Positions 8,901 through 18,040 of a stretch of DNA of 28,573 nucleotides are shown here, one piece after another. The notes under the pieces are model-generated. The model was not told the origin of the DNA and made no database searches. It saw nothing but the letters and a program-made list of their open reading frames with translations. The number at the start of each line of letters is the position of its first letter. The first letter of the stretch is position 1. The position numbers were made by a program, and so were the translations under genes. This stretch comes from a virus (Duplodnaviria; Caudoviricetes). The DNA lies in IMG/VR virus record IMGVR_UViG_3300008267_006297, positions 1-28,573 of that record; one strand, written 5' to 3'.

Positions 8901-11900
8901 GTGGTGTGGCTTATGGCACTGGCACGGCTTATGCTTTCACGGCGGCGGGTACGGCTGGCAGCCTGCTTATCAGTGGCGGTGCAGGCGCTCCGACGTGGGC
9001 AACGACGCTGGCTGTGGCAAATGGCGGCACTGGTGCAACCTCTGTGGGCGCATCTGGCACCGTGGCTTATAGCGATGGCGCGGCTTATGCCTTCTCAGCA
9101 GCGGGCTCTGATGGCCAAATCCTCAAGCTGGCCTCTGGCGTGCCGACGTGGAGCGCCAACACGGCAGACCCGACAGGCCCTGCAACTGGCGACCTGAGTG
9201 GTAACTTCCCCTCGCCTACGGTCGCCAAGGTCAAGGGTACGTCGATCACGACTGCTGGTGGTGCGCTGACTGTTGGTCTGCCGCTGGTTACCACGGGCGT
9301 GGACTCGGCGGATTGGAGCGCGCTGAACCTTGGCGTTGCTGGCGCAGTCTCGGGCGTTTTGCCCAAGGCTAACCAGCAAGCTCAGGACATGGGAACTGGT
9401 GGCGGCGATGTCACCGGCACCACGGCAAGCGCATCGGTCACCAAGGTGCAGGGCAATCTGTTTGATGCCTCGGTTCCGACTGTTGGCCAGGTCCCAACGT
9501 GGAACGGCACTAAGTTCGTTTACTCGGTGCCAAGCGGTGGCGGTGGTGGCGGTGGTGGTGGCGGTGGCGCCATCTACTACTTCGACAGTTCGCAGGCTGG
9601 TGCAAACCCAATCGTGGGCCTTGACGCAGCCACCAAGAAGATGCTTCTGACGGAGCCTTTGGCTGGTGGCACGCTTGGCCCTACGGCACTCTCAGTCGGC
9701 AGCTATGTGAACGCCGCTGCGTTCGTTACGAACACCACGGTGCCTTCGTTGAGCAGCATTCCCGCAGGCTTGTGGGACTTCAACGTGTGGGCAGATGCCT
9801 CTGGCGCTGCTGGTGAAGTCTTCGTTCGTCCGTCGCTCTATAAGTACGATGGAACGTCGCCTACGCTCATCGCCTCGGGTGCGCCGGTTTACCTGCTCTC
9901 GCCTGCCGTTTCGACGCTGCTTGAAATGCAGATGCTGATCCCGGCAGGGACGACGCTTGCCGAATCGGATCGCCTCTACGTCGTCTTTGAGGCGCAGGCC
10001 ACGACGGCGGGTCGCACCATCAACATGTCGTTTGGCGCCTCGACGCCATCCCACGTCCACACGACGCTGCCTGTTGTGTCGGGCACGGGCTTTGTGCAGG
10101 TGGTCAACGACGAGGTCCAGCCGACTGCGGCAAAGATTCCGCTTGGCTCCTCGACCTACGTTGACGGCACGCTGACGACGGATCACGGCGGCACGGGTAT
10201 TGCTACTGGCACCTATACCGCTGGCGATATGCTCTACTACTCCAGCGGCACTGCGCTGACGCCGATTGCGTTGGGCAGCCCTGGCGACTTCCTGACGGTG
10301 TCGGGCACGAACATCCCGACCTGGGTGCCGGTCACCTTCGGCAACGTCACCAGCATCACGGCGGGCACTGGCCTGACGGGTGGAACCATCACCACGTCGG
10401 GAACCATTGCGGCAGATTTCGGAACCGTCAGCGGCAAGATCGCAGAAGGTAACGACAGCCGCTTCAACCCGGCACCTTCTGGCGCAGGGAAGATTCCCTA
10501 CGATAACGGCAGCGGTGGCTACAGCGTCACGGGTGTTGGAGCGGCTACGGAGTTCCTCAAGGGTGGTACTGCGCCGACCTGGGGCAGCATCAACCTCAAC
10601 ACCGACACTTCGGGCGCTTTGAACATCGACCGTGGTGGTACGGGCCTTGCTAGTGCTGGTGTTGGCGACATGTTCTACTGGCCACCATCAGGCACTGCGC
10701 TTGCCACGGTGACGTTTGAGACCACCTCTGGCGCAGTCTTGGCTTCGACGGGTTCTGAGCCTCAGTGGAGCACCTCGCTTTTGGTTCTGAGCGACGTGTT
10801 CGTCAACAACGGCTCGCGGTTTGTGACCAAGCCGCAGGCAGACGTGACTGTTACTAACGCGGCGTACGCATTCACGGCATCGTCGTCACTGATCAAGGTG
10901 ACTGCGGCTCCTGCCGGCGTCACAACGTTCACGTCAACGCCAACGATTAGCAAGACGGGTGTCTCTGACGGCACGCGCCTCACCATCGTCAACACGACCG
11001 ACAAGGTCATCGTCTTCCAAGACGAGAGCGCGCTGAACTTTTCCGGCATTCAGCTTGGCGGAGTTGACTCGCGAGCTATTGGTCCGTGGCAGTCCATTGA
11101 CTTCGTCTTTTCCATCAAGAGCCCTTCTGAGTCCTACTGGGTGGAATCGGCTGTTGGCGGCGCGGGTGTGGTGCAGTCGGTTGGCGCAACCAACGGCCTC
11201 ATTGACATTAACGGCTCTGCGGCTGTTCCGACTGTTGGCATCAACGGCCTGACGGGTGCTTCGCCGGGCACGGCTAATGGCATCCCGTACTTCGACACGG
11301 CCACGTCGATGGCGTCGTCCGCAGCACTAGCAACCAATCGGCTGGTTGTGGGCACGGCGAGTGCTGGGCCGAAGTCGCTTGCAGCGGGCTTGAATAACCA
11401 AGTGCTTACTGGGGTTACCGGCGGCGAACCGACATGGTCTGCGGTCAACCTGGCGAATACTGTTACGGGCACCCTGCCCGTGGACAACGGTGGCACTGGC
11501 GCCACGTCGTTCACTGCTAATGGTGTCCTGCTGGGTAATGGCACCAGCGCGGTGCAGGCGACTGCCGCAGGCTTGGCCAATACGGTCTTCCGTGTGCCTT
11601 CGGGTGGCGGCGCTCCTGCCTTTGGCTCCATCGACCTGTCGCAGTCGAACACCGTTGGCTCCAGCATCCTCGGCAAGGCCAATGGCGGCACGGGGATCAA
11701 CAACGATACGTCGGCACAGCAGAACTACATCTTTGCGGGTCCAGCATCGGGTGGCATGGGTGCGGCCAGCTTCCGTCAGTTGGCAGCGGACGACATCCCA
11801 ACGGGGATCATTGCGGCATCGAAGATCACCGGCATTCCCTATGACATCGCCGGCAGCGCAGCAGGAACGCCAGCCGCCGGCACCGCGATCTTCTACTTCA

Positions 11901-12160
11901 AGGCTGTCCGCGCCTGCACGATCCCCACAACGGGCCATCAGGCAGGAGCGAATGGGCTTCCCAGCCTCACCACGACGTTCAACGTCTTTCAGAACGTCAC
12001 GCAGGTTGGTACGTTCACCATCGACAACACGGGCGTTGCGGTCTTCAGCATTGCCTCGCCTGTGTCGCTGGGGGTGGGCGATGTTCTGCGGGTGGTGACT
12101 GACGCAGCCGTCAACGGCATCGTGGACCCGTACTTCACCTTCGTTGCAACGGTGGCCTAA
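5951..12160 (+). CDS. Giant Gly/Thr/Ala-rich virion fibre protein (2069 aa) with an internal beta-helix-like domain
   Basis: About 9 'G.L....GGTG' repeats alternating with 'L.S.G..P.W' repeats; adhesin neck-like motif RIINLADPIGPQDAATKQYVD; 'RVLVKD...NNGLY...W..TR..DA' fibre module; LYVTMAGNDVTGDGSIAKPFATIQAA start of a pectin-lyase-like helix; no signal peptide. Confidence 0.85.
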   Translation: MAKTLLRNNSQSPISLPPPYTGILAPGEAFVIDDSPANVIAALRIVPELINYLIVTQVPNSQQPDPVGKEQAAAQIAAALSELSQPLDLNGQRIINLADPIGPQDAATKQYVDAHAGGGGTITSVTGTAPVAVSGSAGPVATVSLNTTADFAVSAGNLDLSTTVGPAAGAYGNSGTALTESMMPVFSVDAKGRLTGVNEFPVNIGGTTAKVYVDSGDANTLAAAEAYAQSLAYGIATKAPAHVATTVALPAYNVSGDYLTLTGAVNGAFPLIDGETVNINTERVLVKDEAGALAPNNGLYILTDAGSGATPWVLTRTSDANTGATLCGSLVTVQTGAANAGTVWIFAANPSTFTLGISPAGDVEWTSLQVAEATPATPGTIQLAGGLGGTGTTATAPKLDVSSGSVGSGTLPANHGGTGQDTYAQGDLLVGDLGNTLLKLPVGADRTFLKSNGTTPSWASVDLGTADVTGVLPYNHGGTGLAASGTDSSRFLKSDGANGWTLAVAATPGQTEIKNVLYVTMAGNDVTGDGSIAKPFATIQAAHDYAALVANFPVLTPVVISVAPGSYAGANLSRLNTFIQGAGSKPEENAATRVNGIFSITPATGGSKYNTQIGIAGFYIDGGASLSAISAVGSADPYSLEVVNCYLTNSSSSEPVVNLNNASAKFYFYSNIVNAQASGAYGINTFNFAAGDIRASDNYLFQGSGITSGLGNVLSVSGTAYGLFDRTIVESRLARCVEVTGTTPVAVPAGGFKFILANSSVTSSAVAAKGVIVTATAAGGRLAALATDTAFGVLGTTIDASGTTPALVVYANLSCLPGTTPSLTAGMTPANEAHGSVQIPSLTSASAPLRASATKVIETGAIGLASADVSGTLPVGNGGTGLSTVAQYGIPYGNTATALAVLAPDPVAGKVLTTQGLGSPPTWTTSAVGTVVSVTLDTGVTNATGLTVNGLTSDTITSSGTFALGGKLAVAFGGTNSTATPVSGGVAYGTGTAYAFTAAGTAGSLLISGGAGAPTWATTLAVANGGTGATSVGASGTVAYSDGAAYAFSAAGSDGQILKLASGVPTWSANTADPTGPATGDLSGNFPSPTVAKVKGTSITTAGGALTVGLPLVTTGVDSADWSALNLGVAGAVSGVLPKANQQAQDMGTGGGDVTGTTASASVTKVQGNLFDASVPTVGQVPTWNGTKFVYSVPSGGGGGGGGGGGAIYYFDSSQAGANPIVGLDAATKKMLLTEPLAGGTLGPTALSVGSYVNAAAFVTNTTVPSLSSIPAGLWDFNVWADASGAAGEVFVRPSLYKYDGTSPTLIASGAPVYLLSPAVSTLLEMQMLIPAGTTLAESDRLYVVFEAQATTAGRTINMSFGASTPSHVHTTLPVVSGTGFVQVVNDEVQPTAAKIPLGSSTYVDGTLTTDHGGTGIATGTYTAGDMLYYSSGTALTPIALGSPGDFLTVSGTNIPTWVPVTFGNVTSITAGTGLTGGTITTSGTIAADFGTVSGKIAEGNDSRFNPAPSGAGKIPYDNGSGGYSVTGVGAATEFLKGGTAPTWGSINLNTDTSGALNIDRGGTGLASAGVGDMFYWPPSGTALATVTFETTSGAVLASTGSEPQWSTSLLVLSDVFVNNGSRFVTKPQADVTVTNAAYAFTASSSLIKVTAAPAGVTTFTSTPTISKTGVSDGTRLTIVNTTDKVIVFQDESALNFSGIQLGGVDSRAIGPWQSIDFVFSIKSPSESYWVESAVGGAGVVQSVGATNGLIDINGSAAVPTVGINGLTGASPGTANGIPYFDTATSMASSAALATNRLVVGTASAGPKSLAAGLNNQVLTGVTGGEPTWSAVNLANTVTGTLPVDNGGTGATSFTANGVLLGNGTSAVQATAAGLANTVFRVPSGGGAPAFGSIDLSQSNTVGSSILGKANGGTGINNDTSAQQNYIFAGPASGGMGAASFRQLAADDIPTGIIAASKITGIPYDIAGSAAGTPAAGTAIFYFKAVRACTIPTTGHQAGANGLPSLTTTFNVFQNVTQVGTFTIDNTGVAVFSIASPVSLGVGDVLRVVTDAAVNGIVDPYFTFVATVA
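9536..9568 (+). repeat. GGY trinucleotide run encoding 11 consecutive Gly (hinge)
   Basis: ggtggcggtggtggcggtggtggtggcggtggc, in frame in the 2069-aa gene. Confidence 0.9.
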
Positions 12161-12281
12161 ACAGCCGTAGAGGTGTAAAAGGGCGCGTAAAAGTGGTAGT
12201 GAGGGGTGTGGGAAAAAGGTAATTGGCTGGGCACGGTGCGTCCGCACACCGTGGCGTGCCTAGCACTAAGGGGCTCGCCCG

Positions 12282-13196
12282 GTGTCTAAGACGCTGATAC
12301 GCAATAACACCCAAAGCCCAGTTGCCCTGCCATTGCCCTACACCGGCATTCTTTCTGCCGGTGAGGGCATCGTGGTGGACGAGCCCACCAACGAGGTTGT
12401 GTCTTCGCTGTTCGATGGGCAGAAGACAGAACTGACCAACATCTACACGGTTACCCAAGTCAGCCCTGGGGCCAAGTCTGGTCGCATTTCGCGCAAGGAA
12501 ACTGCGCGAAAGATCGGTCAAGCCCTAGCGCAGTCAGAAGTAGACATCTCGCTCAACGGGCGCAAGCTACGCAAGATCGCTGCCCCTGTTGCGGTAGATG
12601 ACGCTGCCAACAAACTCTATGTAGATGCGGCAGATGCGCGCCTTGAAGGGCTGATCCACCAAATTCACGATTGGAAGTTCGGTGAGCGGTACTTTGAACT
12701 AGGGGATGCCTCTACTGGTGTTTGGTATGTGACAGTAGCGGCAAGGGCTGACTCAGAAGAGGCGATGGACGCCATTACGGCCATCAAGCACACCTCGTCG
12801 GTGGCTGGTGGCCTTGGTGCTTTTGCCATCCATCTCAACAACCCTGTGGGTGTGGCGTTGCAGTCGGTGACAGTGTTTACCTACACGCGCCGTGAAACGC
12901 AGCCCAAGTTGGTGTTGGTGTTGAATAATCCTATTGGAGCGCGACCTGCCCACAGGTTTGTGCGCCCCAGTGTGATCCAATTTCCGCCAACAAACGCCCA
13001 GCAACTTATGCCCATGGTGTCTGTTGCGGATGCAGGTGGAGAAATTCCTTCGGCATATGGCGTACTTGGGCAGTTGGACCCTGCGGTTAGCTACCCAAAA
13101 ATCCGTATCGTAGCGACGGGGTTTTTTGCCGCCGAAAGCAACTCAGTGGCAGATCGTTATTACAATAAGCCTCAGTCTATTGTGGTTCAATTCTAG
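12282..13196 (+). CDS. Short fibre/appendage protein, N-terminal paralog of 5951-12160
   Basis: GTG start; MSKTLIRNNTQSPVALPLPYTGILSAGEG vs MAKTLLRNNSQSPISLPPPYTGILAPGEA; shared LNG....A.P....DAA.K.YVD motif; unrelated C-terminus. Confidence 0.8.
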   Translation: MSKTLIRNNTQSPVALPLPYTGILSAGEGIVVDEPTNEVVSSLFDGQKTELTNIYTVTQVSPGAKSGRISRKETARKIGQALAQSEVDISLNGRKLRKIAAPVAVDDAANKLYVDAADARLEGLIHQIHDWKFGERYFELGDASTGVWYVTVAARADSEEAMDAITAIKHTSSVAGGLGAFAIHLNNPVGVALQSVTVFTYTRRETQPKLVLVLNNPIGARPAHRFVRPSVIQFPPTNAQQLMPMVSVADAGGEIPSAYGVLGQLDPAVSYPKIRIVATGFFAAESNSVADRYYNKPQSIVVQF

Positions 13197-13207
13197 GGAG
13201 CGCACCA

Positions 13208-13993
13208 ATGATCGAACGTCCACTGATCCTTGGATGCACGCTAACTTCCTGCACGTCTTTGAGCGGTAGGGCGTGGGCAGTAACGGCTACAATCGATGAC
13301 CCGCTAGAGATCAATGACGGCTGGGGCATTGCTCGCGGCGACATAGTATTTTTGGACTTTCGTGCCGTTACTACACCTCCTAGCGTCGGTCGTTATGTCA
13401 TCTCGTCCATCACAACCAAGGCCAGCCGCTCTATTGGCATGGTGCTTGATTGGGCAAGTGCTATGCCTCCGCAGAGCCCCTCCACCTGCTTGAATGTGCG
13501 TGGCTACTTGGCGCAGCCAGTGGATGCAGCGGGAACAGTTCAGCACCCTACCCAACAAACGATCCTGATCCAGCAGGAGATGATTGACCTTGCCAAGCAA
13601 GCGGACATCTTCGCCATTGGGGACGAGGCTAGCGAGGCAGAGCAGGTTCGGTCCTTTCCTGTCGGTGAGATGCTGGAGTCAGGGCAATTTGCTCACATCC
13701 TGCCCAGTGGCGTGGCTGTGAAGGCGTTACCGCAGGACATGTCCCGTATGCCTGCCGCTGGGTTGGTGTTGGCAGTGCAGGGCGGTTTGGCGCGGGTACA
13801 GGTCAGCGGTATTGTACCTGGCGTCGCAAATGGCTTAGTTGCAGGCGCTCCTGTGTTTGTTGGCGACGGTGGTTTGCCTATTACCGATCCTACGGGCATA
13901 ACGTTGCCAGCGGCAATTCAGATCACTGGAGTGGCCTTGGATTCTTCGACCGTATCGCTCGCCATCAATGGGCAAGTGGTTAAACGTGCGTAG
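13208..13993 (+). CDS. Virion protein with C-terminal capsid-cement (DUF2190-like) domain
   Basis: GGGAG SD; C-terminal GEMLESGQFAHI...AVKA....MPAAGLV.....ARVQVSG....GLVAGAPVFVG..G.....QITGVALD pattern recalls DUF2190/cement-like domains (by eye). Confidence 0.6.
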   Translation: MIERPLILGCTLTSCTSLSGRAWAVTATIDDPLEINDGWGIARGDIVFLDFRAVTTPPSVGRYVISSITTKASRSIGMVLDWASAMPPQSPSTCLNVRGYLAQPVDAAGTVQHPTQQTILIQQEMIDLAKQADIFAIGDEASEAEQVRSFPVGEMLESGQFAHILPSGVAVKALPQDMSRMPAAGLVLAVQGGLARVQVSGIVPGVANGLVAGAPVFVGDGGLPITDPTGITLPAAIQITGVALDSSTVSLAINGQVVKRA

Positions 13994-14097
13994 AACGTAG
14001 TGGTTTGGGTACGTTGTTGGACTTGTGTTCGCGACGGTGTTAACATCAAAAGTGCTCGCTGGGACTCCGCCCCCGGTCAGCACTGGAGGGCGGATAA

Positions 14098-14493
14098 GTG
14101 AGCGCAGCTACTACCAAGCAACGTCGAACCCGCAAGGCACCCGTTGAGGTTGTGCCTGAGGTAGCAGTTGTTGAGGAAGTTCCTGCTTCTGCGCCTGCCA
14201 TGCGTGTCAAGCTCTCGGACTTGCACGATATGCGGGTGGCGCAACTTGAGAAGCGGGCCTTGAAGGCAGAGGCCGAAGTTGCGCGTATGTCTAAGCTGTA
14301 CGCTCTGGAAAAGTTGGACCGTAAGGGCATTGTGCTTGGACTTGAGAAGCGCATTGAGCAGGCCAACAAGCAGATTGAGGCAGCAGAGAACCGTGAATTG
14401 ATTGCCCGCAAGCGGATGGAACACACCATCGGGCGGTCTTTGAGCAATGTCGCAATCGACCCGGACACGGGCGATGTTGTGATTCCTTCGTAG
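14098..14493 (+). CDS. Small coiled-coil protein, possible fibre assembly chaperone
   Basis: GTG start after GGAGG; charged heptad-like helix (LEKRALKAEAEVARM, LEKRIEQANKQIEAAE). Confidence 0.65.
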   Translation: MSAATTKQRRTRKAPVEVVPEVAVVEEVPASAPAMRVKLSDLHDMRVAQLEKRALKAEAEVARMSKLYALEKLDRKGIVLGLEKRIEQANKQIEAAENRELIARKRMEHTIGRSLSNVAIDPDTGDVVIPS

Positions 14494-14506
14494 GAGTAGA
14501 GACACC

Positions 14507-15466
14507 ATGGCACGCACACTCATTCTCAACATCAGCGCACAGGCACAGGCTTTGCCGGTTGCTTACGGCAGTTTTGTGGTTGCAGTTGGCCATGGGCGCG
14601 TTGTGGCTGACGAGTCCTCGCTTGTGGTGACGGGGCTTGGCGGTTTTGAAGCCATGGAAGGCAAGTGGGCTGTTTCGGCCATCTCCACCGACACGGCACT
14701 TGGCGACTTCTCGATGTCTGAGAACGGCCTTGCTATGTTGGCGGAGTTCGTGTCGGAGGGCATCACGGCGCCTCCTGCGACGTGGGCCGACCTGTCGGGC
14801 AAGCCCTCGTTTGCCACTGTTGCGACCAGTGGCTCGTACAATGACCTCACCGACAAGCCGGTGCTGGCAGACGTGGCGACCACTGGCTCCTACGCCGACC
14901 TGAGCGGGACGCCGACGCTGCCCTCGGCCTCCAACGCGACTCCGCCTGACGTGGCGGCAACGGCTGCTGCGGGTGTGCAGGCGGGCTTTGCACGGGCCGA
15001 CCACCAGCACGCCCACGGGAACCTGGCTGGCGGTTCGATGCACGCGAGCGCGACGACCCTGTCGGCTGGCTTCATGTCGGCGGCGGACAAGGTCAAGGTG
15101 GACGGGCTGGCCACGGTGGCCACCAGCGGTTCCTATGCAGACCTGAGCGACAAGCCCTCGTTGGCTGATGTCGCCACCAGCGGTTCCTATGCCGACCTGA
15201 GTGGGAAGCCCACCAAGACCTATGACATCGCTTCTTACGTTTCGGGCGCGCAGTCGCTGGGTGCAGTTGTGGCTCAGGTGCTGGCACCCAAGAACCTGAC
15301 GCTGACGGCACTGGCCCAGACGGGCGGCGCGACGGTCAAGGTGCAGGTCGCTGGCGTGGACGTGGCCTCGTACCCCAAGTCAGTGACTTCTGGCCAAGTC
15401 ATCTCGGTGGTCGTTTCCGTGGCCGGAAATGGCTCCACCTTCACCATCTCGGCAGTGGAGGCGTAA
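14507..15466 (+). CDS. Fibre/appendage protein with VATSGSY.DL..KP repeats
   Basis: AGGAG SD; four VAT(S/T)GSY(A/N)DL repeats; FARADHQH and GFMSAADKVKVDGL phage-fibre motifs; diverged copy of the shared N-terminal module; C-terminal YDIA domain. Confidence 0.8.
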   Translation: MARTLILNISAQAQALPVAYGSFVVAVGHGRVVADESSLVVTGLGGFEAMEGKWAVSAISTDTALGDFSMSENGLAMLAEFVSEGITAPPATWADLSGKPSFATVATSGSYNDLTDKPVLADVATTGSYADLSGTPTLPSASNATPPDVAATAAAGVQAGFARADHQHAHGNLAGGSMHASATTLSAGFMSAADKVKVDGLATVATSGSYADLSDKPSLADVATSGSYADLSGKPTKTYDIASYVSGAQSLGAVVAQVLAPKNLTLTALAQTGGATVKVQVAGVDVASYPKSVTSGQVISVVVSVAGNGSTFTISAVEA

Positions 15467-15741
15467 TGCCGCTTCTTTACGTCCAACGGTTTGGCACCGT
15501 CATCGTTTCGGGTGGCACCCAAGCAGTCTCTGGGACGCTGTCATTCGCAGGCCCCACGGTGGTCGAGTTGGACCCGGCGCTTTACACGCAGCCGGGTACC
15601 TACGTCCTGTTCACCTACGGCTCGTTCAACAACGCCGAGATGGCGAACCTGACGGTGGATGACGACGACCTCATTGGCCTCACCGCAGGCTCGCCGGTCA
15701 ACGACACCGCCAATTACCGCATCACCGTGACGTTGAGCTAA
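15466..15741 (+). CDS. Stand-alone beta-helix cap-like domain (paralog of the C-terminus of 15755-18025)
   Basis: TAATG stop/start overlap; SGTLSFAG...PGTYVLFTYG...NLTV...GS...ITVTLS aligns with TGTLTIPAG...PGTYTLVEFG...NITV...GS...ITVQIA. Confidence 0.75.
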   Translation: MPLLYVQRFGTVIVSGGTQAVSGTLSFAGPTVVELDPALYTQPGTYVLFTYGSFNNAEMANLTVDDDDLIGLTAGSPVNDTANYRITVTLS

Positions 15742-15754
15742 GGGAGAATCCGCG

Positions 15755-18025
15755 ATGGCGACTTATTTTTTCGACAAGAACGGAGCCACGGCGGGCTTTG
15801 GCACGCTTACCGGCAACTGGGCCGACGTATCTTGGTCGCTCAGTGGTGCAGGAACCTCTGGCACGTTTGTTACTTGGCCCGGTGCCGGTAACGTCGCGTC
15901 GTTTGGCGGCACGTCAAACACGGCAACCGCAGGAACTATTACCGCTGCCGGGACAATCAACCTCGACGGCATCATCCAACAGAATCTCACGGGAAATCAG
16001 ACATATAATGGTGGAACGCTTAACTTTGGTTCCGTAACAGGCACCATCAACCTGCTGACCGGCAATGCATCTATTAACTCAGCAATCACGGGTACGAACG
16101 GCCTAACACATACAGGAAGCCAACTTCTCTTCCTTTACGGGAGTTTTGCTGGCCTTACAGGAACGGTCACCAACAATTCCAGCACGTTCCTTGTGCCGGT
16201 ATTTAAGTCGTCATACACAACGACTGCGAACTTCACGAACTCTGGCACTGGGTTTCTTGGCTTCTACGTCGATACAGGCTTCACCGGAACGGTGTCTGGA
16301 ACCATTACCAGTTCGGTCAACACAGTGAGCATTCGTGGCGATGCGCTCGGCGTTGCCGGCACACTGAAGCTAACCGGCGACATTACTGGCATCAGCAACT
16401 TTGAGTTTTACAACGGTGGTGTGGTTTATAGCAGGACGCTTCCTGCTGTCCTGACGTTTTCGGGCTATGACCTCACCTATCCCAACAGGCAGTTCTATAT
16501 CAACGCCTCCACGACGCAGTCGCGTGCAATGAATGTGTCGTTAGAGGATTTGGCGAGCGTCACGAACACCATCGGCGCGGGCGCGTCTGCGGATGCGGCT
16601 GCTGCCGCTGCCACAATCTCTGGGACAATCGCCAAGGGCGGCACGAACGCAGTCACATTCTCGCTTGATGGCACCAGCACTTTTGACAATACGCATAGCG
16701 GGAACGCTACGTTTACCGCTGCCAACAATGTCGCCTTTGAGAAGAACGGTGGCGGCAAGTGGATTGTTTCCGGCGATAAGACGGGGTTTAAGTCGAGTAT
16801 CATTAAGGGCGGAACGCTTCGCGCAGCATCGTCAACTGCCATCGGTGGCGCGCTGACGATGAGCGCCAGCACGGTGTTTGAGGTGTCGGGCGGGATTACG
16901 CTTTCCAACGTAATCAACGCTATCGGCACGGTTCGCAATGTGTCGGGCAGCAACAGCCTGACGGGCACCTCGCTGGTGCTGGCTGGCTCGACCACCTTTG
17001 AGTCACTGGCCGATACGTTGACCGTGAACTTGGGTTCGGGTGCCAGCATTACCGGCGCAACACAGCCGCTCACCTTCTCTGGCGCAGGCAACCACACGGT
17101 CACGTCGGTCATCGCGACGACAACCGGCACGGTGACCAAAAACGGTGCAGGCACCACGACCTTTAATGGTGCCAACAGCTTCTCTGGCTCCATCGCGCAC
17201 AACGCGGGCGTCATTGAGGCCAACACCATCACGTCGAGCGGCAACAACTCGCTGGGCACGGGCACTACTTTCACCTTCGGTGGCGCGGCGACCCTGCGGT
17301 ACACGGGCAGCACGCCCGCTGAGTTGTCGAAGACGGTGGTGTCGGTGCCCGCCTCGGGCGCGGTGTTTGAGAACAACGGCACAAGCGCCTGGACGGTGTC
17401 CTCGCTGACCGCAGCCAACGCGGGCACGGTGCTGGGCCTTGCGGGCAGCAACGAGGGCTACAACAAGTTGTCGCCCGCCTCGACCCCGGCGAACCTCGTC
17501 GGTTTCACCAAGACGGGCGCAGGTCGCTGGATCAGCACGCTGAACGTGAACCCAGCCTCTGGCTCGACGGCAGTGAATGGCGGCACGCTGGTGGCGTCGA
17601 ACAGCAACGGCACCTCCAAGTTGTTCGGTTACGACGTGACGGTGGAGAGCGGCGCGAAGATTCAAACCGGTTCTGACGAGGTTGGGCAGGCAGGCAAGTG
17701 CGCCTACAACAACCTGACGTTCAATGGTGTGGCTGGCACTCCTGCCCGCATCCGCATTGGCGGCAGCGTCGTCAACCCGACTATCTATATGACGGGTACA
17801 CTGACCATTCCGGCTGGTGGCATGACATGGAACTTGGCTGGTGCGGACGTGTTCAAGACGCCTGGCACCTACACGCTGGTGGAGTTCGGGCCGAGCGGGT
17901 CAATGAGTGGGTCGGTGTCCAACATCACCGTCACCAATCCTCCGACGGGCCGCAGTGTGGTTCCGGGATCACTGACCTACAACTCTGGGACGACGCCCAA
18001 GACCATCACGGTGCAGATCGCCTAA
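15755..18025 (+). CDS. Beta-helix adhesin with autotransporter-associated beta-strand repeats (passenger-like, no beta-barrel)
   Basis: Repeats VTKNGAGTTTFNGANSFSGSIAHNAG, FEKNGGGKWIVSG, FTKTGAGRW; G/T/S/N-rich; no signal peptide or translocator domain. Confidence 0.8.
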   Translation: MATYFFDKNGATAGFGTLTGNWADVSWSLSGAGTSGTFVTWPGAGNVASFGGTSNTATAGTITAAGTINLDGIIQQNLTGNQTYNGGTLNFGSVTGTINLLTGNASINSAITGTNGLTHTGSQLLFLYGSFAGLTGTVTNNSSTFLVPVFKSSYTTTANFTNSGTGFLGFYVDTGFTGTVSGTITSSVNTVSIRGDALGVAGTLKLTGDITGISNFEFYNGGVVYSRTLPAVLTFSGYDLTYPNRQFYINASTTQSRAMNVSLEDLASVTNTIGAGASADAAAAAATISGTIAKGGTNAVTFSLDGTSTFDNTHSGNATFTAANNVAFEKNGGGKWIVSGDKTGFKSSIIKGGTLRAASSTAIGGALTMSASTVFEVSGGITLSNVINAIGTVRNVSGSNSLTGTSLVLAGSTTFESLADTLTVNLGSGASITGATQPLTFSGAGNHTVTSVIATTTGTVTKNGAGTTTFNGANSFSGSIAHNAGVIEANTITSSGNNSLGTGTTFTFGGAATLRYTGSTPAELSKTVVSVPASGAVFENNGTSAWTVSSLTAANAGTVLGLAGSNEGYNKLSPASTPANLVGFTKTGAGRWISTLNVNPASGSTAVNGGTLVASNSNGTSKLFGYDVTVESGAKIQTGSDEVGQAGKCAYNNLTFNGVAGTPARIRIGGSVVNPTIYMTGTLTIPAGGMTWNLAGADVFKTPGTYTLVEFGPSGSMSGSVSNITVTNPPTGRSVVPGSLTYNSGTTPKTITVQIA

Positions 18026-18040
18026 TCGGGAGACGCGAAC

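Noticed and set aside
14810-15215. Spaced nucleotide repeats (GCCACCAGCGGTTCCTATGC) as a CRISPR-like array
   Set aside because: In-frame coding repeats (VATSGSYADL) that vary at synonymous positions; no unique spacers or cas genes.
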